A stretch of DNA of 64,000 nucleotides from Chrysomallon squamiferum (GCA_012295275.1 CM022671.1:35464001-35528000), one strand, 5' to 3'; shown: positions 25,281 through 39,441, counted from the first letter of the stretch. A program made the numbers and translations. The notes: generated by a model not told the origin, from the letters alone.

Positions 25281-27663
25281 TAGAAATTGATAAAGTTTAA
25301 TACTTTATTTCATCAACCTAATATAAAATGATAATCATTAACATAACAACAGAAATTTCATGAAATTTATTAATATAAAATAAATGCCTAATATATGAAA
25401 TGTAACAAAACATACAAGATATTTACAAGTTAGTAAAAACAGAAAGTACGATGATACTAAAATACAGTTACTGTACATCACATTATGTGAAAGAAAAAAA
25501 ACTGGTGTATTAGTCATATGGAAACCAAAAGGAAATTCAGTATTTTTGTATCTGTTGATTTAGAATTGTTTGTATTTTGACCTGGTACCAATGTGATTCA
25601 TTGGGGCAGGTATGATTGCATTTGAATCAAAATCTCTCTAATTTTGTTTTACATTTTTAAATATTTTAAAATATCAAAATTTATTATTTATCTTATTATT
25701 ATTATTTTCAAAAATCAAGTGAATCATTTTTTTTCCCTACCAAGATCTTCAGAAATGCATCTAAAGTGAGATCAAACTTAATTTCTTTTATTTTGTATAA
25801 AATGTATAAAAATAATTCATCATTCTGTGTGATTTAGTCTTTATGTTGAAGACCTATGTACATACAGAGATACTGAGAACAATAAAATGTACAGCAAATG
25901 AAAACAATGAAGGAGAGGTAGAAGAAAATCAAGGTTTTTTTTGCATTTGTAAGTTACTGATGTTTAAAAGCAATAATGAAATCATTTATTTTATATTTGG
26001 CTACAACATTTAAGACTTCATATGTTCATACATTCTCTTGAAGGTAAAATTATATTTGCTGAACACATTTACTAGAACACATGATAAGTCATTCTAATAC
26101 AGCATAATAAAAATAATAAGATTTAAAAAGAAAATGGTGAAATTTCATTAAGGTATGAAAGTTAATTTTTAATTTTATTTTTAATATTTTAAACTAAGTA
26201 TTCTTAAATTTTGCATGATACATGGCATTTAAATTTATTTTTATTGTTTTAAAAGAAATATTTTTATTTTTCAAATGATATCCCAGGATACTACATATTT
26301 TTTTTTTTTTTTTTTAAAACAGATGGGTCAGTAAAGACATAATGAAATAAAATATAAAATATTTCATTTATCTTAAAAATTAAATTTTTTACTAAAAGTA
26401 AACTTAATGAGATTTTTACATATCATTGCTCAAATATGCAGAATTTTAAAAAAAACATTACACAAATATGCAAATTTCTCACAAAATGACTCGGTGATCA
26501 CACAAAGATTTACAAGAAGATTAAATATGAGTTAAACCCAAAACACACTTTAAAATTTCCATGATTTAAGCGTAGTATATATATATATATATGATTGTTT
26601 TGTTTCATGTTAAAATGTAACTTATCTCTTACTTTTGGTTTTCTTTCATATTTGTTTACTTCTAATACTCAAAGTAAAAGAATTTGATAAATGTTGGAAA
26701 ATAACAATGTTGTCATTGTTTACCTTCATCAATATTTGTTTTCACCAAAATGTACACGTGAAAGAAATATTAAGGGTTTCTTCTGACATCATTTTATAAA
26801 TAAATTATGTTTTTAGAATGGTTTTATGAAAGATAATTTAGTTTTCAGAAATGTTTTATACAAGTTTCACCGACAACACAAAATGAAGATCAAGTACAAT
26901 ATTTGTTCATTTATCAAGGAACTGTTTTCATACTAAATTATAAATTAAAGGTAAATTATTTTGACTACTGCAGATGAAGGGTTTTGCCAGCTGCCTTCAA
27001 AACTTCATATTTTCTACTGATTTGTATGTATCATTTGACTGAAACTTTTAAACAGTTGGAAAAAGCATCAATCAAGATTAAAATGGCCACATTACTCTTT
27101 GTTTTTAGCTGAAATCTCAAGTTGAAAAACTGTTTTGGATGATGTGTTTTATATGAAAACAAATGCTAAACACTACAATTGTGTTTAAAACTTATATTTA
27201 ATAAATTTATTATTTTACATTTAAAAATAAAAATAAAATATAAAAAAATGAGTAGTATTTAGTTTTCTTAATTTTAAAATTTGTGGTCAATAAAAATATC
27301 TGTTTGGAATATTGAACATCCCCTAGTTTACAGCTGACCAGAAATGTGCAAATTAACAGCAATTTTTTTTAAGCATTATAAAATATTTGCCCAAAAGAAG
27401 AGTTAATCTAAACACTAATTAACTAACATATTTTGAGTAAAATAGTTTGAAAAATAAAAACGTAAAATAATTTTTGTTTGTTTTTGGAACAATAGCTACA
27501 GTTCCATCTAGAGCTGTATTTATTCCTAAAGATATTTAACTTCCAGTGACAGAAACAAGCAACAGACAATCATGGTTTTGTACACATCACAAGGTCACAC
27601 GTTAGTAAAAGATGGATGAGTAAATGATTTGCGTTTTTAGCAAACAACTCAATGAGTCAGTGA

Positions 27664-30600
27664 TTAAATTCCTTTCTCCTCATCGATGAGGAAGTAAGAG
27701 TCTAGCAACTGTCGAGCTTCTTTCCGAATCTTCTCATTCGAGTGATACTCCAGACCCTCCAGTCTCGCCACACCATCGCTTGACTCAAAATTAAACTTCG
27801 CCTACAACAACACAAACATCCTTTCAAATAAACAACACGCAACACAAACACGAAATAAATTAAATTTATTTTTCAATAATTAAATAATTTTACATTTGAA
27901 TGGCATAAAAAGATGTTTCTTTTCTTTAAAACTTTTTAAAATATTAAATATTTTTAATGTAATTTAATGTGTGTGTCAACTTATAGATACGATATAGTTT
28001 GGACTGATATTATGGTATATTCCAAAGAAGCAGATACAATGATATATTTTATGCAGTTAGATATATTCTGTATTGATAGATGTGATGATATATTCTAGAC
28101 AGGTAGATATACTCACACTTTCTGTGAGTCTCAGAGCCATTTCACAGAAGGACAAAGCCAGGTGGATCATCTCAATGTCATGTGACTTGAGCATAGGAAT
28201 AACATGTTGTATGGCTTTCTCTCCCACCAGCTTTGTACACACCTCACTGCCATGGCAACCCATGTTGCATAACAGATACGCTGCCTGGAGAATAATAATA
28301 ATTTTAAAAAATAAAATAAAATAAAACATCTGAATAAAAGTTTATCTCTAATTATTTCTTAAACATTTTTGGTTTTAAATCATTATAACACAGTAACAAA
28401 AATTGCAATACATTAATGTCCAAAAATAATAATAAAGTAAATATATATATATATTTTTTTAAATCATATTTGAATACATCACTCATTTCTGAGCAGAAAA
28501 ACAACAACAATAACAACAATTTTTTTATTTTTTTTATGCTGTTAACAGCTAAACAAAGGTAGGTTTTGATTATTTGTATGTAGATGGGTCTGGCAAAAGA
28601 AAACGTCTGAAATTTTCTCATATAAAAATTGCTAACTTGACAGATGTGAAGACACAACTGAATATTTTGATGAATGATTGTATCTGTGTGTGCTGAACAG
28701 TATCAGTATGTCTGCTACTTTAAAATGAGAGGAAATATTTTTTATACAGATTCACCGAACTTGTAATACATAAGTAAAAGTGTACTAACCTCTGTTTTGA
28801 TATCGTAGGCATCGTCAAGGTGTTTGATGATCATGGGCAGTAATGGTCCAAATGCGACAGAATTACACACACTAATTTCACCTGCAATAAAAATATTTTT
28901 TATTAAAATATCACACAGCCCTTTCAGTTGAATACAGTAACAGAAAATGGTACTTTTGGTGATGTGACATATATAAAAAACTAAATGTCAATGTTTAATA
29001 CTTCCCAAGTCATTCTTGTGTTTTTTTACAACAATGGTTCCAAGAGTGTCATTTAAATTTTTTCCCCTTCTTATCCAGGGCTATATTATTAGTTCATCTG
29101 ACATTATCAAACCATGTCTTACAAGTAGATACTCTTCAAGTATATCCTCCCCATTTCCTTTCTCAGGAACCAAATGTATCCTGAAACTAACCACATTTCA
29201 TCTACCAATCTAAGCTAATAATAAAACAAAACAATAATACAACAAGCTCATTTTTAATTAAATTTTTTTTTTTTTTTTTTTAAATGACATCATTTAACAG
29301 CAGTATTAAAGAAATCACAGAGAAACTGTGAATATTTCAAAAATGCTAGTAAGATTTGCTCAGTCTGTCAGGAATTTTTTTACTTAAAGCCAAACCATCA
29401 CCTGTCATATTGGACAACACCCAGAGTGTTTCCTTGATGATGTGTCGGTGGGAGGATTCGAGGAATTTCTCCAGTGTGTGGAGGAGAAAAGGATTTTCAC
29501 ACGCCTGTAGACTGTACTCATCAGGTCCACTGCAGATATTACCCAGAGATCTGAGCAGAGGTGTCATCACCTTTGAGAAATAATTTGAATGTAGAAAATT
29601 ATACCACAAAACAATCATCAGAAATTATCTCAAACAAAGTGCTCACAAGAAAGGATCAAAGATGAAGTTAGTGCTTGATATATTTATTTCATTTTGTTTT
29701 TTTAAATAAAATATTAATAATAAAAAATGATTAATTTATTTTTTAGTATGAAAAAAATAAATATAATTTTTATTCACAGCTGAAAATATTTTTTAAAACA
29801 TCATTTTTTTTACAAAATGTAATTACAAAGATAATTAATTCTTACTGCTGCTTGTATATTGCAATTACTGAAATATAGCTGTTTCAACATTTAAGATCAA
29901 GAAATGAATAAGAAACTACTAACTAATCATTTAGATAAACACAATGAAACTAAGGAGCAAATCAGGGTATATTTTAGGGGGTGGCTCATGAAAACTTTGA
30001 GATGAGGCTATCAGTGAAATAATTAAAACAATGGCAATGTGCAGATCTTTAGGATGGAAGACAGCAAAACTTTAGAACATGGTGATTTTTAATACATATA
30101 TCAGGTATATATAAATATAAATATATATATAACATTAATATAAAGGGTTGTTAACCTGGGGATCTTCTGGTGGGTGGTTGGCAAACTTTGTCAGGATCTC
30201 AACAATGCGAGTAAGAACTCCATTCTTGACAAGTTCCTCTGTGTAAACTCCACTGAAATTACAAAACATCTGTGTAGTTCAGGAACTATTTCTATTATTA
30301 CAATATTTTTAAAGATTATCCTTGCACGAACATTAAATTTCATCACAGAAAAAAAATGTGACAATTTAAGTAATTACTGTAATAAATTAATTAATAATCA
30401 GTGTTACTAGTATTATAAATAAATGATAAAATGACTGTAGAATTCACAGCCTTCAACGTAAATAAGTATCAGTTTGTTGGAAAAATACATCTGGTTTTTA
30501 AATAAAATAGAATAAGATAAATTTTAAATTTTTTTAAAAATTAATAAAAGTAAAAGTGAACTGACCTTGCAGTGAGATAGGTCAAGAGCCAGGCTGTTTC

Positions 30601-32328
30601 AGCAACCAAATCAACTTTTTCCAAATTCACCTCCTTGATTTTCTTTGAAATAATTGGAATAACACCACATTTAACCATGTCTCTAAAACAAGGAAGAAAA
30701 AATCCAAATACCATTCTAAATAACAAAATTCCTAAAACAAGAAATATTGTGTGATCATCAAATATTAATAAAAATAAAAATGAAGATTTGGAAAATTGAG
30801 TACATCAAATAATAAATAAAATGGAGTCTAGCCACTATATAATGAAAATAAAGTACTATATAATATGTAAAAATAATATATTGGTTCTGTTTTATAATAA
30901 ATAAATAAATAAATAAACAAAAGAAAAATATGAAAAGAAAATCAAACAAGAACTTGTTAAGCATAGTATATAGCTTTTTATAGTAATTTATTTCAGGCAC
31001 ACACTAACTTGCCTTCCAACTGATGCCAAGAGATACAAAATTATATTCTAAGTTAAGTCTCCGTTATACCAGCAGTGTACCTGGTAATATTCTGATACAA
31101 ACTGCAGCTTGTATGGTACCAGTCTGAAAACAACTAGACATAAACTAGTAATAGTTGAAATGAATTGAGGATATCTGAATTTCACTGCAGACAAACAAGA
31201 CAAAATATGAAGCAAACTACAGCCTACATAATGAATTGTAACGTGAACTAGATAATACTGTGAAGAAAGCTGCAGCCAGCTGGCAATATTCTGAAGAGAA
31301 ATCCAGCCTGTTTGGTAATATTCTGAACAGAAATGCAGCCTACCTGGTAATATTCTGAAGAGAACTGCAGCCTATCTGGTAATATTCTGAAGAGATCTGC
31401 AGCTTACCTGGCAATATTCTAAACAGAACTGCAGACTACCTGGTAATATTCTGAACAAAAATGCAGACTGCCTGGTAATATTCGAACAAAAATGCAGCCT
31501 ACCTGGTAATATTCTGAACTGAAATGCAGCCTACCTGGTAATATTCTAAAGAAAACTGCAGACTACCTGGTAATATTCTGAAGATAATGATAGCCTACCT
31601 GGTAACATTTTGAAGAGAATGACAGCCTACCTGGTAATATTCTGAAGAGAACAACAGCCTACCTGGTAATATCTGTATTTTCTCTTGACATGTTGGACAG
31701 GGCAAATGCTGCATACTGGGCCACTTCTAGAGCGGATGACTAAAACAGTGGAATGTTAAGAGTTACTGAAAGTCAGTGTTCATTCCACACAAAATATGTC
31801 ATCCAAAGATTTTACACAGTCATTTAAATATGAGACAGAAGCAGACCAGTACACAGTAACTTTAAACATACAGGAATAATGTTTGAAAGCTTTCACATCA
31901 GTCAGTCTTATCACTTGAAATAATATATCCCTTTAATAATAATAATAATAATAACAATAATTATAGTAATAAGAGTAATATTAATAATAATAGTAGTAAT
32001 AATAATAGTAATAATAATAGTAATAATTCTATTAGGAAAATTTGTATTATCCCTTAAACAGTAATTAATAACAATAATAATAATTTCTATTAAGAAAGTT
32101 TGTAAAATCACAAAATCAGACATTGGAGTAAAAATAATTTTAATATACAATTTCCTCAACATATATCTTAAATAATATTTATATATGGATGTTCCAAAAG
32201 AGTTCAACATGTAACACAAATTGTTGACTTTAAAATGCTACAATTATGTTACGTATTGTCATCCTTCACAGGTTAAGGTCATATATATATCTTAAATATT
32301 TTTTATATTCTTTCAAATGATGACAAAA

Positions 32329-32369
<41 letters not shown>

Positions 32370-35300
32370 ATAATAATAATAATAATAATACTTAATTTAT
32401 ATTTATAAACATAATAAATAATAAATTAATCTTTGAAAATCAGACATTAGCACAACAATTAAACATTGAGGTTTTTGTTTATGTCTTTAATAAGAACCAA
32501 ATTAACATTAATTTAAAAATTTATTGATACAAATAGTACGAAAGTTTTCAGAATTTGTTTTCAACTGGATAATAACGACTTTCAAACTATATTAACAAAC
32601 TGTTTTAAAATTACCTCAAGCAGTTTGACAAGTAAGGGGATACAACCCTGAGAGTGAAGAATATCTCGACATTCCTGACTATCTCCAGCCAGGTTCCCAA
32701 TAGCATACGCACACTGATCCTAGAAATCACAATTATTTCAAAACTTTGGGGTTTTTTAACTTTGGAAAACATACATAAATTTTATATCACATTATACATT
32801 AAATTGTTTATTAAAGAGCCATGGAAAAACAGATTGAAAAAAATGAGAACAACAATACTTTTATAAATCTGCTTTTTTTCTTCTTCAAAATTTACAAATT
32901 ACCTGATCCTGAAAGTTATAATATTTAAATTTTTTAATTACTTCTGTTTACTGAAAACAGATATAAATTTTATATATTATATATTTAACTGTTTGTACTG
33001 TAATTAAAACTGTAGTAAAAAAACATATTTATGAAAAATAATATTAATAATACTTGGAAAATTCAAAAATAACATACACAAAAAATATTTATAAATTACA
33101 TAGAACCTAAAAGTTATAATATTTCAAAATTTTAAATTTAATACTGATTTTATAACACATTATAGAGTCAATCTTGTTGTTAAATAAATCCATCAAATAA
33201 ATAAAATAAAATAATATAGCTTAGAATATAATTTTTAACTTTCATTTTCAACATTAATGCTTTATCTAATCTATCTTGAAGGAAACTTATTATGAGAAAT
33301 AACATTTCAAAAACATCAGTAATCTGCTAAAAGATTCAAAAATCAAAAATTTTACAAATCTAGCAATCCTGAAGATTTTTAGCTTTTACGTATATTTCTT
33401 GTTATGTTACCTTGAGAATGTGGCTGCCACTGTCCAAGTAGGTGGTGAGGTAAGGTGCTGCGGCCTTCACAACAACCATGGCGTGGTCGTGAGTACCAGC
33501 AGACATGTTTGTGAGACACCATGTTGCTGCTAACTGCAGATCTGTATCTTTTCCCGTCAGATGTCCGATTAAACTGGGCAGTGCATTGTCAACACTGAAA
33601 TGCGTAAAACAAACTATCTGATCAAACTGTGTTACTGTAAAACTATAAACACATATTTACTCTTTCAGAATGTATCTTTAGTTATGAAAGGAAACGATTT
33701 GTTGTGTTTATGTAAATTTATTATAATTTCTCAGAACAAAATGTGTCACTGTGAAGTGTTTTTTTTTTTTTTAACAACATCGTAAAGCACATTTTACTTG
33801 TTTATTATAAAACAAAAAGATTAAAAATGTAATTACTAATATGTGCATTTAATAAGGCAATATCTTATATTATTACAAAATGTAATTACTAACATGTTTT
33901 TAATAAAAGGTTAAGACATATTACAAAGTAATAAATAATATAATATAAACTTACCTTAAAAAGGTGTCTATGTGTATTGAACCATGTGCAAAAGCTCGTC
34001 TAAGTAATCGCAGATGTTCCAGGCAGTCCTTGCCTTTTTTCTGTATGGCTTTTGCTGCATTCTCTATCTATTAAAAAAAATAATAATAAAAAAATTAAAT
34101 AAAAATTTAGAATTAAAGTACAGAATTCTTAATTAAAAACATTAACTAAATCAGTCAGTAAATGTGTTATATAAAATGACAATGAATGTAATAAGGTGTC
34201 TAGCAATGTAAATAAGTTTATCAAAGTCTTGTTCCTCAATGTGACCAAGTTTTTTGTTTCTGGTTAAAGAATAGAGAAAAAAATGAGAGTGACTGTTGTC
34301 AAATCAAGTAATATCAGTTGCAGTTCTAGCCTTGTTCGCATTGACGGAAAAAAATAAAAAGAAGCAAACTCACATTAAATCATCAAACCTACAACCAAAG
34401 AAAGCTTTGTGACTTGGATACAGCATTCTGATAGAAATAGGAATGTCGTAATTTATGTAACTTCATTATGTTTTTGTATTTTATGCAGATAATTAATAAA
34501 AAAGTGTGAAAATCTGCATCTGTCAAGTTATACAAGTTCTATTCAAATTTCTGTGTAAGAACATAATTACTTGTTCTTTTGTAAACTCCTCATCAGCTTC
34601 ATCTTCACAAACACTGTGTCGAAACCGCTTAGACCTCACCACTCGTTCACGCTTTTCTTTACGAATTTCTGAAATAAAATTTAAAAAAACTGAATTACTA
34701 TAGATCAAATGCCCATCCATTTGTTATTAACATATAACCCTCAAAAAAAAAAAAAAAAAAAATAATAATAATAATAAATATATATATATAATAAAAATAA
34801 TAAATAATTAAAAAAAATATTCAAATAAAATGTTTTTTTGTTGTTTTTTTTCTTAAAATTGCTATAAATAAATAACTAAATAACTAAATAATTTGAGCTG
34901 CAGTAAGATATTTTTTTACACTAAATTACAGATTAGGATAATGATTGATTAAAAAGATCAGGTTATTCAGCAGTTGATAACCATGATCGTGGGCATCGTG
35001 TTAAAATGAAACATTTCCCACTCTTAATAATAATATCAATATCATACCGAATCCGATTCAGTAAACAAATCAGTTACTCGTGTACTAAGTCACTTAAATC
35101 ATATTCAGATACTGTCATACTTTTAAACCAAATTACGTAATCAAAGATAAATGTACAAATTAGATTAGTGTTGACTAATATATATCTACAATTATCACTT
35201 TAAAATATGAAACCGGTACACATCTAAAGCATGTTTAGTAACAGTCCAAGAACATCAACCGATCAGAATCAAGATTCAAGCCATTATGATTATCAAGATG

Positions 35301-35454
35301 GTACACTGAGCTTTTATATTTTGCAATATATGACAGGATCAAGGTAAAACGAAATAAGAATTGCAGACACTATACCATTATTTTTATAGCGCCTTCTGTT
35401 ACGAAGACTTTCAACACTTTCAGCCGCATGTTTATATTGCGTATTGCGATCCAT
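27664..35454 (-). CDS. TMCO6: TMCO6-like importin-alpha family armadillo-repeat protein, 12 exons, ~478 aa
   Basis: Minus-strand exons: 35376-35454 (MDRNTQYKHAAESVESLRNRRR), 34571-34668 (EIRKEKRERVVRSKRFR, IBB-like), 33955-34067 (LRLLRRAF), 33411-33594 (AATWCLTNMSAG..AAPYLTTYL), 32615-32719 (CAYAIGNLAGDS), 31663-31739 (AAFALSNM), 30566-30682 (ETAWLLTYL), 30156-30252, 29402-29570 (TPLLRSLGNICSG..KETLWVLSNMT), 28790-28881, 28117-28284 (AAYLLCNM), 27664-27801 (LEGLEYHSNEKIR..LLDSYF). All GT-AG and phase-consistent; total 1437 nt. Confidence 0.9.
31270..31680 (-). repeat. 32-bp minisatellite (~13 units) that includes the TMCO6 exon-6 end and its splice donor
   Basis: Minus-strand unit is ttctcttcagaatattaccag|gtaggctg. 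The first unit overlaps the real donor at 31663/31662, and there is one detached copy at ~31070-31110. Confidence 0.9.
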
Positions 35455-35530
35455 TTTGTTTATTAATTTTATTTTTTCACCCACAAATCGGAAGCACTTC
35501 TCCGACGATTCCCCGGAAAGAACCGAACTG
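35455..35530. promoter_or_regulatory. Probable TMCO6 5' UTR/core promoter with ETS-like CGGAAG/CCGGAA motifs, in the divergent interval shared with the DUF3472-like gene
   Basis: CpG-containing patch (cggaagcacttctccg, ccccggaaag) directly upstream of the start codon. Motif identity only. Confidence 0.35.
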
Positions 35531-35820
35531 CTTGTGATCACAAAAAGGATGAATGTGATTAAGATTTCGTAAAATAATTTTTAAAGATAAAACGACTGTT
35601 CATTCCTATCAGAAATCTAATGAACAGATAACAATTGATTAGTGCTAAACCTTTTAATTTATTGGTATTTATATTTTCGTTATAAATTATTATTTTCGCC
35701 TTTTTCTGGTATTTAGCAAAAGTGAATGGTTGGTCAAAAACGCGGAAACTATGATGATCTCTCTCTCTCCTTTGCGTGTTTGTGTTTGTGTGTGTATGTG
35801 TGTGTGTGTGTGTGTGTGTG

Positions 35821-35857
<37 letters not shown>

Positions 35858-36635
35858 ATTTTTAAACATTGAAAATAATTTGAAATAAAAATTATTAGTG
35901 TATGTGTATGTATCTATATTATATATATTTTTCGTTTGTATGATTTTTATTCAAAATCTGTGCTAAAAAGTATACCTCTCCACAAATTAATTTAATAGTA
36001 GTAGTAGTCGTCGTCGTAGTAGTAATAGTCGTGGTAGCAATAGTAGAAGTAATAGTAGTAGTAATGGTGGCTGGTGGTGGTATTATTACTAGTGATAATA
36101 AAATCTTCTTCCTGTTACCAGTAATGACTAAACGCAACACATAAATCAATAAACTTCTCAATCGAGATGTTCATTTCAAACCAAGAGGTTAGTTCCACTG
36201 TCTGTAAATATGGACCACTGAAAAATGGTACTTATTGAACATAATTGTATTGATTGAATTCTACTTTCAGTTTCTTGTTTTCTTTGTTTTTATTGTTGTC
36301 CTTCTTCTTCTTCTTCTTTAACACATAAAATCACATAAACACGAACATAATTATGATATATATATACTTACGCATACTACGCACATTATGCACACGTACA
36401 CACACATACTCAGACATACACATATACGTAATTACACGCACGCGTATGTGTGTGTGTGTGTGTGTTTAAAGCTGCAAATTACTTTTGTAAACAAATAATC
36501 TATACGGCTAACTTTTGTGTTCCAGACTTATTTCTAACAATAACGGACATCTGTGGCCTAGCTGTCAATAAAGTACGGTATCAGGTAACACCAGCCCGTA
36601 TTTGAAAATAGTTTTATTCGCTCAGAATTTCCAAA

Positions 36636-37622
36636 ATGTCGGGCAACAGAGCGCCCTCCTGCTGTCTGTGGTACAAGGACAACATGGAAGGAGATATTCT
36701 GGTGAACGAAGTTTATGTTCCAGCAACGGGGGCAGCCAAGTATACCTACTACTGTTGTCTTCAGTGGAACATCGGCCACGACGGTGGTGGGTACTGTGGA
36801 ATTCAAGATCATCCCAATGGTAAATGCTACATTTTCTCACTGTGGGATCCAGTAACAAACAATGAAGCCATTGTTCCCGTGTTCAAGGGACCTGGGACGT
36901 TTACGGAGCGGTTCGGGGGCGAAGGAACGGGACTCAAGTCCATGAATTTCGAACTGGGATGGAAAACGGACAGGTGGTACACTATAGTAGTACGGAGGTG
37001 GGACGTGGATGGGAACTCTACGTATTTTGGCTGTTGGATTGAAGACCAAGAAGAACAGAAATGGACCCACATGATAACGATGAAGTACCCGGTACCAGGT
37101 GTCACATTCAGACCATCCACGGCTTGTTTCCTGGAAGACTGGTACGGAAACGGTAAATCACTGAGGCACGTCATGTTCCGTAACGGATTTAAACGATCGG
37201 TTGATAAGAGGTGGTGTCATTTTTCATCCGCTTGGTTTTACGTAAATAAAGAAGACGCGTGTAAGAATTACAACGAAAACTACGACGCCGGTTGCCTCCA
37301 GGATTCTTCGTTTTTCATGCAAAGCGGAAGCAATTTGATACCTAGTGAAGACATCAAAAAGTGTGTGAATCTGAGTCGGAAAGAAGTCGAACAACCCAAT
37401 CGACCTGAGATAGATTTCGAAATTACAAAAGCTACCAGAGAAAAGGTTGAATGGCAGATTGCTCCATCATCTGCTCCACAATTTCATTTTTCCGTCACGG
37501 GACCAAGCGGAATAGATTCGGAATCGCGAGAATGTGTTTTATGGTCGCCTGAAACGAAAATCTGTGTAACCCTGGAGGACATACTTGGCAGATCTGCAAC
37601 AAAATCTACACTTATCTCATAA
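36636..37622 (+). CDS. Intronless DUF3472-like protein of bacterial type (328 aa)
   Basis: Clean ORF with caaaATG. Motifs TYYCCLQWN, GGYCGIQDHP..YIFSLWD, FGGEGTGLKS, GW..D.WYT, F.EDW.GNG and a C-terminal PQF..EDILGR module resemble bacterial DUF3472 (PF11958) proteins, recalled from memory. No signal peptide. Confidence 0.8.
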   Translation: MSGNRAPSCCLWYKDNMEGDILVNEVYVPATGAAKYTYYCCLQWNIGHDGGGYCGIQDHPNGKCYIFSLWDPVTNNEAIVPVFKGPGTFTERFGGEGTGLKSMNFELGWKTDRWYTIVVRRWDVDGNSTYFGCWIEDQEEQKWTHMITMKYPVPGVTFRPSTACFLEDWYGNGKSLRHVMFRNGFKRSVDKRWCHFSSAWFYVNKEDACKNYNENYDAGCLQDSSFFMQSGSNLIPSEDIKKCVNLSRKEVEQPNRPEIDFEITKATREKVEWQIAPSSAPQFHFSVTGPSGIDSESRECVLWSPETKICVTLEDILGRSATKSTLIS

Positions 37623-38364
37623 ACACCGACTTTCTGTGACGTAAACGTTCAGCACCTACAGCACATACAGACATTTGCTGAGTAGGTTCCCACTTACATC
37701 ACACAGTGAAGAACGTTATTTTATATATTTTTGGCCACCTACAGTCCCAGAATTGTATGTATTATTTCCTACATCGTAAAGTAGTATATTTTGACATTTA
37801 CTGTTACATCTGTATGAATAACAGTATCTTTTACGACGTATATTTGTGTACGTGTGTCATAAACCGTTGTTTCTACGATATTGTATACTGTGTGTTCTCT
37901 TTGACAGTTTTATTTGTAAGCTCAGCTACTATTTTGTATATAACCGTATTGTCTAATGTATATTCTCTTTACGTCATCCTAGCTATAAATGCATAGATCA
38001 AGCACTGGATTAAAAACTGAACGCAGTGTACTGAACATTTCAGATAATAATAATTAGCAGAAATACAGTAGCTACGTATCATTGGTAAACAAATTTAATA
38101 TACGATAACAATTTAACGTGAAAATAAAAATTTTAAATGATGTGTTTAAAGTTTTATTTTATTTTCTAAAGAAATGGTATTTTTAATATTAAATGATATT
38201 AAATTTAAGACGATGATGATGAAAAACGAAATAAAGAAACAAACAGTAGACAAATGTCCAATCCGCTTCCCGAAACTGATAAAAGAAGACAAAAGCTACT
38301 TAAATATTACATTTAATATACATTTATTTCTTTAAAGACATGATCATAACTGGTTTGTTATCGA

Positions 38365-39394
38365 TTATATTGGCAACTCTTTTGACTTCATCTACAAAAT
38401 AAATAAATAAATAAATAAATAATAATGATATAATTTAGTTCATGCTAATAATGTAATTATGATGATACTGAATTATTTATTTATTTATTTATTTACATAT
38501 GTATTATGTATGTATGAATGTATGTATGTATGTATGTATGTATGTATGTATGTATGTATGTATGTATGTGTATATACGTATGTATGTATGAATTTACTTA
38601 ATGCTATATCGTTGTTATCGTTAACCCAGTGAAAGGCAACATGTTGGAACAATAAATAATTCATGAGATAAACGTTGTATAAAGCCCGTGATGAAGTAAA
38701 TGATTTTAAATAGATCTAAAATTGCTTATCTTCAGTTACTCAACACACTAAACGACCTACCTGTCCAAGAAAAATCAGGAACTCTGAGAGATCATTAAAA
38801 CCATCGCCTGAAAAGGAGCATAGAATTAAAGAGAATTTGTGACTCTTTATTTTCTGTTGCGTACTTCAAGTGAGTGTTGTGTTATTATCGGCACTACTTC
38901 TTTTCTAATAATAAAGTATAACAATAATAAAACAACTTAGTGATAACGGCCAAATATTAGTTATATTTTTGTATTTGTGCAAAAGAATATTATACTACTA
39001 CTGCTGCTACTGCTAATACTAATAACAATAATGTAATATTTTAATACCATTGATATCCATTCCAGATGTGATTTGTTCCATATCACGTAGTGTCGATAGG
39101 CCGTCGCCATCAACGTCGACAGCAAAAGCCTCGTACCATGAAAAAGAATGGCGTATCTCATCACGTGACAAGACACCATCCCCTGCAACATGAAATGTTT
39201 TAGATGTTTATGTGTGTATGAATATATGTATATATGTCTTTTATAGTTTTGTATGAGTGCATATTTGCTTGGAAGTGTATATGTATGTTGTATATTTATG
39301 TGTATATGTGTGTGTTTGTGTGTGTATATGTGTAAATGGGTTTTATAATTTTCTGAAATAAATCTATTTATATTATTAAAAATTAAATATAAAA

Positions 39395-39441
<47 letters not shown>

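Noticed and set aside
27664-35454. Canonical importin alpha (KPNA)
   Set aside because: The ARM repeats are divergent and lack typical KPNA strings. AAPYL.TYL, TPLLRSLGN and the short IBB-like start fit TMCO6 better.
36636-37622. Bacterial contaminant or chimeric join
   Set aside because: The flanks are host-type microsatellite DNA, with no operon neighbours or Shine-Dalgarno sequence, and eukaryotic signals surround the ORF. Read support is still needed.
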